Shown here: piece after piece, positions 23,672 through 37,100 of the stretch
Numbering within the stretch: position 1 is the stretch's first letter
Layout of the letters: each line of letters opens with the position of its first letter
NCBI GenBank assembly: GCA_051362555.1
Contig: CM120644.1
Location: 9,308,954 to 9,372,953 of the forward strand
DNA from: Lingula anatina
Taxonomy: Eukaryota > Animalia > Brachiopoda
Direction of reading: 5' to 3'
DNA length: 64,000 nt
Position numbers and translations under genes: made by a program
The notes under the pieces: generated by a model
What the model saw: only the letters and a program-made list of their open reading frames with translations
What the model was told of the DNA's origin: nothing
The model's database searches: none

Positions 23672-24778
23672 CTATAAAGTAATTTGTTGCGACCTTCTTG
23701 ACTACTTGTTCATATCTTCGCTGATGATGACGTATTTTGTGCAATTTGCAACCGATATTGTATCGTTTTATCTAGAGAAGCTTCTTTCCCACCTTCCGCG
23801 CAGTTGTTGAGGGCTGCATATGTTCACTGTTTAGGACAGCTGTACAACATTTACTAACTTTAGAATTTCAAACACAAAACACAACACAAATCCTCAATAG
23901 GGTAAATTAAATGAAAAACAAATGTTTATGTTTTCTTTTTTACTTTTTCTTATTGACACCATGCTAAGAACACTGAGGAATGTTTTTCCATAATTTCGTT
24001 TTCGAACATGCTATCACCTTTGTTGATATACATCTGCGGTTTCGTGCTCCTTTAGATAATTGTGCTACATTAAATAAAAGAGGAATTTTGTTACAAAACA
24101 GATCTTATTTTCAAGACAATATGCCTTTTTTTTACAAGAGTAGAATACATAATATTACAAATTCAACCGCAGATATTTCTGTTTTGGCAATATATCTATA
24201 ATGTTTCAACAACATATTGGGAGATGCATTGTGTTGCTTTGTCAAATATTTTATTTCTTAACTGAGGATATGGAGGCGCGATCTATTGAAAAAAAAATAA
24301 GAAGACGAAAAAATGAGAGTTTTAATGAATATATTTTTGTCTTATTTACACAACAATTAATATACACATAATTTCTATATCTGATCCTCAACAAACACAG
24401 AAATGAGACTGAAATTGCACTTCATTGCTCGCTATGTGTATATGATGTTACAACTCTACTGATTGTAAAAAAAAGATAAAGAGAAAATCAGTTATTTAAC
24501 CGACAGCTCGAAATAAGTTCTAAGAAATTTTCCTTTGGAGAATTATAGTTAGGTACGGCTGAAAAACAGAAATGATAAAGGAAATTTGTAATATAATTTT
24601 GTAATAGGACATGCAACATTCACAGATAGGAATGGCCATGGGAATTTGATGGAAGTAACATGTAACATTGCTGAACATGGTTTTCCTTATCTATTCAGTG
24701 ATCTATTTAGTCTACGAGCCAAATTAAAAAAAAAAACGCCTCATCAAAGGACCTGACTGCAATCTAAACAAGGATTAT

Positions 24779-27700
24779 TCATTTACTTCTGCACGTGAGT
24801 GTTGCCCCGCAATGTACCTTAAACACTCCATAGTAATGGTAACATGCAGTCTTACCACTGACTCCGCCACAAAGCTGTGGGCAGAACATATGCCTGACAA
24901 GCTCCGTAGTTCCTACAAGATGGTAGTCACACAGTCTGCGCATGCCCGGCACGGTACATACCTTTGGATTGTCTCTGCCGCTGTCTCCCATTTTAGACAG
25001 TAACGCTTGCATATTGGAAGAAAAAAATGCATATGTATCTACCGGTATATGGTTGTTTATGAGGCGACTGCTTTTGTTTGCAAACACATTTAAGTACTGC
25101 ATTTTCACCCGCAACCAATGTTGAGATAATTACTCATGTACACCTACTATAAATTTACGTGCGTTTTGTTTCATTGGTTTCAATGATTTTGGTACCGTTG
25201 TATGTAATACTTCTCATCGTTGCAATTGTGATATACAGAATTTCACATTCGGATTTGTTAAGTGTGAATCCCAACTCACGTTTTTCGCAATGATGTCCAG
25301 TAAAGTATTCTCCACATTCACATCTGCAACTGTCAAAGTTATACGGTCTGCCGTTCGCACATTTGATTGGTTTTGGACATTTCTCTGTAAAAAATAAAAC
25401 ACATCTTATTTTTAGTATTTAGCCTTTATTTCAACAAGATGAACACAAAAATTAGCTGCAGCTCGCCCAGCATTAATTATGCAAGAAAATGTCATTCATA
25501 CGGCACCCGCCGTCGGCCATTTCCTCTGAGCGCCTTCGGGTTTATTCCACGCTCGGAATTAATTAGCCGAGATAATGCGTAAATTTATACGGGTATACAG
25601 AATGTCTACTTACTGGAGCTATGTTAGAAGTTATGACCAGATACAGTGTAAATAACCTGACTCCCCCTCTGACAAACCCGTACCTTCACGACAATCTGTC
25701 CCTGACCACTTCTCGGTACATATACAAGAACAGTTTTCATAGGTAGGGATCCCTTGGTTGTAGCAGGTTATTGCCCATTCACAACCACTCTTCCACGCTG
25801 AAAACATTTCAGACAGATATATCATACAGTCACAACTACGTGCTGACCTCTAGGTTCCAAGGATTATTACAATGTATTGCGGGTCTTTCGTACTATAATG
25901 GTAGCTCTTGGCATTTGTGGTCCCTACAATCAAACATACATGTATGTGGCAATCGCACAAAATCTTAATCAGGTGTAAACATTCCAAGAAATGATTCCAC
26001 CTTTTTGGAATGCTATGTAAGTAAGGATTTATTCTTTTAAAAAAGCACAAGATCTTAGTCGACTACCCAGAAAACACACATCGTTATTATAACGTTACCA
26101 TAACGTTTATTAGGCAAAAGACGCTATGGTAACGTTTTGATATCGTGTAAACCGTTCTGTGTTTGCTGTGTAGATTATGATGATGAAATAACGTTAACGT
26201 CTGTATTCATCGCAAATAGACTTGATTGCATAAAAGGACTACAGGGTTAAAGCTAAGGAGAAGCTTAACAGCTGAATTTCGATCTGACGTTGAAAAAAAG
26301 TGACGTACCACACCGATCTGGAAACAAAGAGCACTCATGTTTCGTGACTGAAAAAGATAACATATTTCTGCAATGTAAACGGTGCATTTATTCTTTTTTG
26401 GGTTACCTTTATGATATTACAATATTAATATTATTTTCTTCAAGATGTTTATGATGGAACAAGAAGGAACGTTATAAAATACACAGACAATTTTATATGG
26501 AAGTTCTGCATTTGTTAAAATAAATAGTAAATTAGTATATATTACTTTTTAAAGATCTGAATAACCGCATTATTGGTTGCTGGTTATCTGTGAGTCACGG
26601 GGCGGGGGAGATGTGGATGCAACAGTCAATCACTTTTATCACGAGCCAGGCTGTGATAAATATTAATATAAAACTTAGAGGACTTACGGCACAGTCCGGA
26701 CACACAATCTCCGGAGTTCAACGTGTCCTGGGTACACAGAGAGCAAGGCGTGCCAGACACGTACGGTAATTGTCCTTTAATATTGCCACTGAAAAATATT
26801 TATTAATAATAAAGTCTCCATAGTTTTTCCCGTACTGTTAATTCTAACCTTGAGATTATTTTTCAGTTAAATATACAGAGCTCACAATCGCCCAGTCTGT
26901 GACCTTTTTATACAATCTGTTGAAGAAGAAGTTTTGGCGATACTGATGTTAAGCCAATTGTGATCTCTTAGTTACTTGTGTAATATTGCAAACAATAATA
27001 CTAATCAACATAAGTTATACTGCTATACAAATAGCATGTAGGATATTCACAAAACCCGTTGCCTTAAAACTAACTTGCTGGTTGACAAAGACGTGTGGAC
27101 CATTACAAAATGAAATATGTACTACCCTGGAAAGTAGTTACAAACGACAAAATACCAAGGCCCGTCGTAATCTTCAAAGGCGTTTCTTGAACCAGAATGA
27201 CACAGAATTATCCCACAGCCGATGAGGTAACTGTTCCACCACACTGCCTGTATTGTAAGGAAATGGAATTTGTGTGACCTCGCAATGCTACTACCAGGCA
27301 CATGCTAGGCACAACTAACACAATTATATGTGTGAGAATACACTGTCACCCGAGTGATACATGCCATAACACCTCGAGCGTCACAATTATATTCTCTATT
27401 ATCCAAACGGGGATGAGCAAAATGATTTAGCTCTTAATAATGTGTGGCTGATAAAAATACTGTTTATATAAAGGGAACTTTGCTGGCTGTCTATATTTGA
27501 TATCAAACAAATATATTTATATCATTAACTATGCAAAAAAGCAATGCGTTAGGTAGGCTTGCAGCACCTCGTTTTTAAGAAGTCTAAGGTATTTTAAATC
27601 TATTAATTGATGAAACATCACCTGCTTGTAATGGCCGCACATGCGCCCTTCTTGGCATGTGTTACTAGTATGATCATACCACTCCTTTTCTTCAGAGTAC

Positions 27701-28569
27701 CAACCCTTCATGATGTCATCTACACGTGGTCTAGTGGTTCCCGCCACTGCGTACAAGTTTTGTCCTATCCGGCTTTGATATAGATGAGATTCTCGAGATA
27801 TCACGTTCCCGTGTCGCCATTCGCAGTTACTAGCCCAATATTGTGCCGTGACTTCGACTGCTTTGTCCCAAACCTATTTTAACGGGTTGCTAGTGTTTTA
27901 AGCTGATTGATATAAAGGCACAACCAACGTAGAGATACTGGTTTTCATAAACTTACTGTTGCAACTCTCACTGTCTATATAAAGCGGTATTAATAAACGA
28001 CTTACTTATAATGACAGTTACTCTCTTGTTGTGTAGGCGTGGTCGACTCAGGTCCTTCTTAAAATCCCTTTATCTTGCTAACTATTGACCATTTATGCAA
28101 AACAAAAGCTTGTTGTTAATTTAAAATGATGTCTAAATTCTCTGTAATATTTCTACAGACCATTGACTTCATATTAGCGGCCGGGGGAACCACGCTACCT
28201 CTACCGACGTTGTGCAGTTTTAATATGTGCTCTATTTCTTCTGAGCTGAATGTAGATGATACTGTCTCTATATCCGAGCCATCTATCTCTAGAAGAAAAC
28301 AATGAATAAAGTCACCTCTATGCTTCTAAAAGCACACAGCCTCCACATAAACTGTGCACTCGATATCAGTTTAAATTTCTTTGTTTCATTTGACATTAAT
28401 TTCTATATTGATATTTACATGTAGGTACAGCCCACAGTTCATAATCATACATTTACAACTGGGATGTTCGATTGCACTTACCTGGTATGATATACATAAC
28501 AATTGCCGTACATATACAAAGCACTCGCTGCGCTGTCCATGTCGTACCAACCCTCTTGCTTTTGATCAT
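24779..28569 (-). CDS. Secreted CAP/SCP protein, paralog 2, with two EGF-like domains and a divergent ShKT-like C-terminus, ~391 aa, 9 coding exons
   Basis: Exons 28569-28482, 28288-28161, 27873-27622, 27247-27126, 26788-26688, 26347-26309, 25797-25684, 25384-25280, 25005-24779 join in frame. Motifs: LHNVGR, PPAANM, GQNL, WYSEE, CGHYKQAVW, IGCG, VVCNYFPGGN, FCPQLCG. Confidence 0.85.
26066..26170. mobile_element. Short MITE, TA-flanked
   Basis: TA-CCCAGAAAACACA ... TGTGTTTGCTGTG-TA imperfect TIRs, with internal AACGTT palindromes. Confidence 0.55.
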
Positions 28570-29978
28570 ATTTCACCCAGTGGATAACTAAACTACCATA
28601 CACTCTGAGTCTGATCCATGCTTACATTTTCCACGGACCTCGTGTTATTCATGGCCGCCACTTTCTACAAGGATCCATTGACCTAACGGTTGCTTTCATG
28701 GCATAGCGAACAAGTGCACGCCAAAATAACTCTCCGGATGTTATGGTGGATCTATAATAGTGTGTCCAAGGACTCGTTTAAAGTGACGGTGCCTTGGGTA
28801 GACGCTTTGCCATCGGCATTGGTAAAAATGTGGTTCATTATTCACTGGGTGACTATTAAATAGCTTAAGCACACATTAGCTTAATTATCTGTGCTATTTA
28901 GGACGGTAATGTGTTACACAAACGTGCTTTCAATGATAAATTACTTTGCGGTTAAATGGCCTTTGCATCAACAAACGTTTTCAAATGCAGGGTAACGGAT
29001 GTAACAGGACGTGAAAATGCATGTTCAGGTAATGTGTCTTTAGATTGTCTTCTGACAGCAGGTTCCACGGTGAAAAGCCTAGGCACCTGTGGCAGGAATG
29101 GTAGTCCGCTAAGAACAGCATTCTGTTCCCCATTACTTTGTACGGATTACATTCGTCCCTTATACTAACCCCAATACTCCGACTAACCCTAATTATATTG
29201 GAGCTCGGACTTCCATTCCTAGGACTACCATTCCTGCCACACCCCTATCCATTCAAAGTACCATGGCAGTGTGTTCAAACGGTGAAACGTATGAAATCTG
29301 TGAATGAAATGTGTTTGCACACATCCCCACACAACCTAGAGGGATTTATCTCGGCTGCGTTAAGGATCTAAATGTGCAATTAAGATATCACCAGTATTGG
29401 TATCCAGGTAATTTAAACCACGTCAATTGTATGCTTGAGATTCCAAGATAACGTGTGTCCACAAGAAAAAAAAGCTTTGTTAATAACATAAAATTCATTT
29501 ATTTACAGTTATTAAGTTTAAAATAAATGCCTTGATGATGCACCGTTTTTCTATAGAAATGAAGCCTATCCGATTTTCATTTCTCATTAGTCGCATTCGT
29601 AACTAATTTTTTTTATCATAATACAGCATTGCGTTGCTGTCAGACATTAATACGCAAGTTCTACCATCAGTTCTGATACATTCAACTTTTTTCTTTCTTT
29701 CAATACCACAACTATGTTACTGAGTAATTTCAATTCAAATCTATGAAACCGTTTCAATGGCATTCATTGGTTTTATCTTACTCCGTGCTACGGTAGGGTG
29801 TCTTTTTCTGCAGTCGAGAAGCACATGCATGGTTAGTCACTTCTTCTTGTTTTGTGTGACATATTTGAGTCTGAAATCACACTTAAAGTGAAATTAAGAG
29901 TGCGGGATCCCCTACATCTGATTAATTTCAAAAATGGAAGCGCGTTATGTTTAAACCCATTGGGCCTACTTCTTGTAG

Positions 29979-32900
29979 TCAAAGAATCTTCCCCTTCCCC
30001 CACGTCTGTGTATGATATGAAATAGCATAGGCACCAGGATATTGACTTTTACAGAGGTCAATCTCTCTGTCCGTCATAGCATTGAGGTCCTTACAGTACG
30101 GGTTATCGTAGATGTCCCAGCTGAAAGGGTTGAAATATTGCGGAGGGTAGATCCGGAAGTCGCTGTGGGATTGGGAGTAGTTCCTCAGTGTGTCCATGAT
30201 GAGGTAAGGTCCGGTCGCCCCCTGCGGCCACTGGTCACCGGAACGGGTGGTCATTTCTTGGATGACCTGAAGGTGTCGGATTATGAAATATGAAAAAACA
30301 ACAACATATATTAAAGCATTCACCTATCACCTATCATTAGAATTTGAACGATTTCCTTGATGTATGACTATCTCCACACGTCCAATTAGAACCATGTAGA
30401 GTCAGTGGACAAGTAGCAACTGACAATAAGAAAAACGTGAAGAGACTATAACCTATTCGAATTTAAGATCAAGTTTGCAAGAAAGTAAAACAGAAAAAAA
30501 ATGCAAGGTAGAACATGCGATCTTTTTTTTTCTTTCCCAATATGTGGTAGCATGCATCGGACCCACTTCTTTTATCTTTTTTTAGAGGCCAAAATGCTGT
30601 CTAGTCTTTTGTATATGTTACAGATAACCCAACATGATTCTACAAAAGGGTACATTTTTAATACTGCCTAGTTCCTAAAGATATTCTTCGCCAGTGTAGT
30701 TTAAAATAATGCTTCCAGAAGAGTCGCCTAGACAGTTGCCAGACGATAGATTATCTGATGAAGGATGATAACTGGAGCCATCTGGAGATTGTCAATAAGA
30801 CAAATAGTGTCATTATCACCTTGTATAGAACACGCAATTCGGTGCTTTGTGTGCGCGTATGGAACAAGACCGTTCATCTTGTACTGAACAAAATGCCCCG
30901 AAAACGCAAAACGAGGTAATGGATTATTTTCGTCTCAACGCATCCTTGTCTATAACTACATCCGTTGCACACAATAATCCATGATTTCACTGGTGAACGA
31001 CTTGAAAAAGGGGTGGGAGGGGGTGTTAATGATAAGAAAGAAATGGCACCATTTAGCTAGAGTATTTCGGAGTGTTCTGTGGTAATTTGAATTTTGGCTC
31101 TTTTTTAACCTCACGTTAAGGGCAGATATAGGGATGAATTTGTTATTCCATTTTGGAAATACCTACCTCGCAACCATGAACTCATTTTATGATAAATGCA
31201 GAATTACTCATCACTGACTCAGGTGGCTAAATATTCGAGACACTAAAAAGTCGTAGACCTTCACTACTACAATGAGAATCAACCTTTACCACTAGTTCCA
31301 CTATAGATTCTTTGTGCGGAAGTTGCCAACTTAATCTACTCAAAGTAGAAATGACAGAACCTTAGTCAACCGTAAGACGTTAACTTGTCTTCAATTATTA
31401 GGTTTGTGACAACGTCCGTTTCCAACAACTGTCAGGGTTTGTTACTCCGTTACTCATCGATACATTGGCCGGAGTTGCACACGATAAATCAAACTTGAAT
31501 ATCAGCGAAAAAATACATTAGCAGGTCGCTTTCTGTGGTTTCAATCAATTATTGCAAGTAAATGAAAAAAAATTTGTAAGGATGGTCTTTTGTAATTACA
31601 ACAACATTTGACTATAACCAGGTGAGCGTACCTCTATACTGCATGTATTTATAACTTCTACCTCGGGATGACCATTTGCTATAGAAAAGACTGATCGAGA
31701 ATGAATAAAACGATTGGGTTGGGCAATAAATATGTTTTTTTATATAATATGCCTTTATAAGATAGAGCATTTCATGTATAGTAAAGTCAGTGAAATAAAA
31801 GCAACAAGATACATAACGAATCCGTGCTCTCTATACGTGCCCATAGTCATTCTTCCCTCCACTCTACACAACGAAGAGAGAGAGAGAGAGAGAGATAATC
31901 AAACTTAAAATATGCCTCAATGCAAACTGAGATAAAAAAAAGGCCGCAAATTCTGAGTGCAAACATATTTGTAGATCACATTAAGGGGTTTATCCCCCTG
32001 TGAGACAATAGCGGCGCCAGTCTCCACACAACCGAGTAAATGTGCCAAAAAACGAGGTGATAGAAAACAGAACCAAATTATTGAACGTCATGTGATTTTA
32101 GACATAATGTAAGGAAACTGCTAAAAAGCCTTTTCCCGATATAGGACCTTAATGTGTTATTGATTTTTTTTTTTATCCTGTAACATTTTTGCAATGTAAG
32201 TGCAAGTATATGAAAGAGGCCTTGCTCTTTATTCATATTTCATATACTTGGACGGACACTGAGTTAGGGATCGCTAAATAATAATTGAAATCATGCCAAA
32301 CTGCCTAAAATGCGCACTGTCTGATGTCAAAGGGGGGGGGGGTGACTAACCTTTCAGTAACGGGGTTGAAACGATACACCGGGAATATTGTCCGAGAAAT
32401 GAAGAAAAAAAAACGCTACTTTGCAAATGACTGTTGTTCTACAAATCAATTAAGAAAATAAAAGCTGATAAATTTTGCCAGCTTTAATATGTTTTGCACC
32501 GCACTCGCTTTATCTAAGATGGTTTATTTGGAATTTTACCTAGCGTTTAGGTTGAGTAAGGCACAAATTTGGACCATCGTATATATTGTTACACAGCATG
32601 AATATGTTACAAACAACAGACTGACAAAAGAATTATGCGTTGCGCCTTGGGCTCCCCCTTGTGTCTGATATATTGGGTAGGGACTGACGTCACTGGTTTC
32701 CCATAGGGTATTTATAATTGATATATTCTGCAAATGCTATTGTGCACATAGTTTCCAAACTTTTCATTGAATAATTATTGTGACGAACACGAGCTTATCG
32801 GTACAAAACACTATAAACCCCAATCGCACTGTCCAGCTCGGAATTCGCAACAATCATCAGCCTTGCAAAATGCAACGCACTTAGGTTTCCAATTGCCTGC

Positions 32901-34133
32901 ATTGTATAATTTTGACATATCTAGTCGGCAAAACCCAATTTCAATCATCGCTAGCTGTCAGATACTTCATTGGCTTCCTGTCTACAGTCGTTGATATAAT
33001 TTAAGTGAAAAAAACAAAAGCGTTCCGTTTCCCTTCACATTTCCTTCAATAAATTGTTCCCTGCACGAAATCAATAATGCATTATAGCTATTTCATTTCG
33101 CAAATGTTTGCCAATTATAGCAATTACGGCATCAAATGAAATTTAACAAACATTGGCAAACCTTGCCCAAGATTTACATGAAGCAGCAATTTTGTGATTT
33201 TAGAAAACAAAATCTATTTTCAATGCTGATTCAAAACAAAAAGTATAAATAAACAAATAAATACTCAAATAAACATTTAAGAGGATATAAATTGGACAGG
33301 GGTCGAGTGCTTTAAGCCATCACCATACCAACCTCCATCCAAAATGGATGTCCTTTTGTGGAAGCCATGAATGAGTTTTGCACGTAAGGAAAGGTACCAT
33401 TGGCATACGCCCACTTGTTCCCAACTCTCATGGAGTCGAAAACCAAAGGAATATCAAGGAGGTGATCAAAAGGCCTGAGACACTCATAATCGAGGTCCAC
33501 ATACAGTCCACCGAAATGGTACAAGATAAAATATCTGGCAGCGTCGGCTCGTTTTATTTCCTGGTCGTACGATCTGTATTTCTCCAAAAACCACGGGTAT
33601 CTTTTGTAAATAAACCGTTTGCTACTTTCATCCGTCCACAGCCATAGTTCCCATTCCGGGAAACATCGCCTCCAAGAACGAGACCATTTGCGAAAACGAG
33701 GCGGGAGTTGGCGAGTTTTCCAAGTTTGGTGAATGATCATTGGAATGCCAGAGGGAAGCGTTTTGTTCGCGCGTTGCCTCAAGGGTATTATGGGACGCCT
33801 ATGATAGCGCATCGGTGAAATGGATACCGTCAACGATGGTGTGTCCTCAGAAATGGTTGTTTTTGTATTCAGATCATCATTTTCAATATCACTTTCATTG
33901 AGCCACATTAAATCGGCATCGTACACCGGGTTCAAGCTTTGAATCTCTATTGGCACTTGATAGACAAACTGGGAACCTTTGGCGGCCTTGTCTGTCCCCG
34001 CCTCCAACGTGCTGTCGTGTATTACCAGGCTCTGTATTGTAAGAAGTGTGTACAGGATACCTAGCATCACTACCACATATATTATCCCCTTTAAATTACG
34101 CCAAACGGCTTTCTTGCGCCTCATACTAACCAT
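29979..34133 (-). CDS. Type II membrane DXD glycosyltransferase (GT32 / Gly_transf_sug; SUR1/CSH1/OCH1-like), ~362 aa, 2 coding exons
   Basis: Exons 34133-33333 and 30266-29979, phase 0. Basic N-terminus plus TM anchor, IPMIIHQTWK, WTDE, RADAARYFILYHFGGLYVDLD (DxD), NSFMAS..GHPFW, ATGP, and a C-terminal H..TW. Confidence 0.9.
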
Positions 34134-37100
34134 GGCGGAGATTCTATCGCATTGGTGTGCGTGTGGCGAGTGCGTCCGTTATAACTCCTTCCCCAACCAT
34201 AAGCTTCCGTCTCTTTTTTTCCTGGTCACGTAATTTTATCTTTATTGCAAAATCAATTCATTTTTCTATTCCTTTTACCATTGAAATTCTTTTTCATTGC
34301 GTGCTCACCTGACAATATATGTCTAATGACTGTGTTTGTAGAAATGCGCAGTTTCCTCGCAAGCATTTCATTTTCCCAGTAATGCGTTTATTCTTATCAG
34401 TTCTAGACTTAAATTGGCATGGGTAATCCAAACCAATAATGACACGCGGCGTGTTTATAAGGCACTTTTCTCGATATTTACCTGCGAAGTAGGTAGATTC
34501 ATGTGTTGCTGGGTGACGTAGAATTAATGTTCCGAGAACAAAACACCTGGCAGAATTCGATAAAGATAGATATCGATATTATACATCCTGTGTGCGTATC
34601 TCGTAAAAACAACTCTGTTCAAATGGTAGTCCGAATGGTGCATTTTAAATGTAGCCACAAACCACGAGTCAAACTGTTCGTCTATCTTCTGTCCCTGTGG
34701 CATTAAAACCAATCGTCCTCTGCGTCAAGCCTCCAGACCATTTTGCAAAGAAGACCTATGGCGCGTCTCGTCATTGGCTTTCAATATTCCCCTTTGCTTC
34801 AAGCCATTGTTGTGGTCAGTTGTATAACCAATGCTGTGCAGGCCTGAAACACAATAGGTTTTCTGTAATGCGTAGGTTTAATCAGCGACTGCCGTATAAA
34901 GGCATCTACTAATGATTTATTTGCCTATTCCCCATTATACGTGAACACTTTACTTGTTGGCTTTCAAATGCGAGATGTAACTGTAATACCCGTGATAGTT
35001 AGCAAATATATACATGTATATTGCCCCATGTTTATGTTTCACAAAAAATCGAAAGTTGAAAATCCATCTTACTTAAAGCCGTTAATATTCTTAGCCGACA
35101 TTGGTGTGTGCACTTTTATAAAGGATCTGTTTCATTGTTCCGTTTTAATCTTTTTGCTACTGTTTTCTTTTCTTTATTTCGTATTGATGCCTATGGGTTA
35201 TTTAAACAGATTAATTTGTCATGTGCTCGTAATTGTTCATGTTACGTGATTGTTGTCTTAAAGCTGAAACCTTGTGGTGGTTTGTCGAGTTTTGCAGATT
35301 TTTATGACTCAAAAATTATCCTAATAGCTATTCTGCTTAACTGAAATACTGGAGCGTGATATCACTGAGACACTGGTACTCCGCTGTAATGGAGCGGCAG
35401 AATGAATTAATGATTTACTCGTCCGTTTTTCATTGTGCACATACATCATACCTGTTAGCTTAATCTAATACATTGCGTACTTGACAAGATATATTTCTAC
35501 AAGTGCGCTCGGATAAACACAAAGTTTAATGAAGATCGATTTAGCTTTCATTTATTCGTAGACACAAGGGTTAGAACATCTGGATCACCCGGTTTCTATT
35601 CATAGCAATGTCCTGTATGGGTAAGGACACTCGGTACTTAACAACTATTACTCAGAAAGACAAGTAAGGTTATATTTATCTTTTTGTCCACAAAGCACCA
35701 AATCAACTGAAAACTGACCCAGGAATTTCCGGACTGAAACCCACGTTAAAATCACTGTCATGTAATTAAACCAAGGAAGGTTTTAAGTTTCACTGCAGTA
35801 CCTTGAAACTGCACTCACCGTGTCACGTGTTCATAAAAGGCGGCACTTACCACCGTATGATATTGATGAAATCCATCCACTCGTCAGCACCTTGAAAATA
35901 CTCTAAATCACTTCTCCGGTACAACAGCTTTGCGGGCTTTCCTTTACTATCACCTTATTGTAGTGCATATGTTAAAAACGTCCTACGTCATTCCAGGTAA
36001 TAATTTCAAGGAACAAACCCTGCCGCACGAAAGGCAACGATTTCTGCAGGTTTAATTTTTTGCTCAATGAAGGCACCAACCAACCCCCAACAGTCCTCCT
36101 GAGATAAAGAACTATATAAAATCCACCCACGACATCTGTGTGTAGATGTGCAGATCTTAACGCCTAATGGTGCGCTCTTTGGGGCATTTCACACTCTCGC
36201 ACAGGGCTTGGAAACATTCATGACACTGACAGAGCGCCTTCCAGCTGAATATTTCACAAAGCTTCTCTCTATTTTTTTTTATCCTGTGAACTTACGAAGC
36301 TTTGGTCGTTTCGATTCGCGGAGCTCTGGAAGTGCGTGTCCGGAGACAACTTGTAAATTATCCCAAAGTGTTAAGGGAACCGTGGAGCCGTGCCACTCGT
36401 GAATGTCGATGATTAAAGTACCTGGGAGGATTCACGTTCAAGTCATTGGGGACTGTCTCAAAACTGTTGAACCATGTTCGGTAACCATACAGTGTATTTC
36501 GTGAAACGTTCATCTCAAACACAATTTATGTTACTTCATTTTATTCATCATACCTCTGCATTCTGTATCATGTCTTAAAGACGCCATTAAAAAACGTTTT
36601 GCAAGATATACTTGAATTTGTATTAGATTTTTACTTCCAGATAAAAAAAGGTTATTGTTGACATATAGTTCATCTTAATTTATGAAAATCTAACTCTATC
36701 TTATCATCTTCGAAATACCAAATACGTTTTTGAAATCAATATTCTCGAGTTTCGACGGAGGCAAAGGAATTTAATATGTTGCCTAGTAAACGGTGTTTTT
36801 AAAGGACAAAGAAGTAGCAATTGATTTCAGATTCAAAGCAAAAATGCGTTTTAAGGGGAAGCCCTTCGATTTCATCCCCTGGCTTTTATGAACACTGCCA
36901 GTCCATATTATCCGCGGTCTTGGTCATTGCCCCGAAATGAAGCACGTACAGTGTAGCTGTCAGATAAGCTGCAAATGACCTGGTGAAAATTAACGGGCAA
37001 TTTAGGAAAAAAATGTCTTAAACTCTGAACAAGGTTTAACACCAGTGACAGGATCTCACTCTTTCACATACTTAATTCCCACTCCCCATTTGATCTCCTT

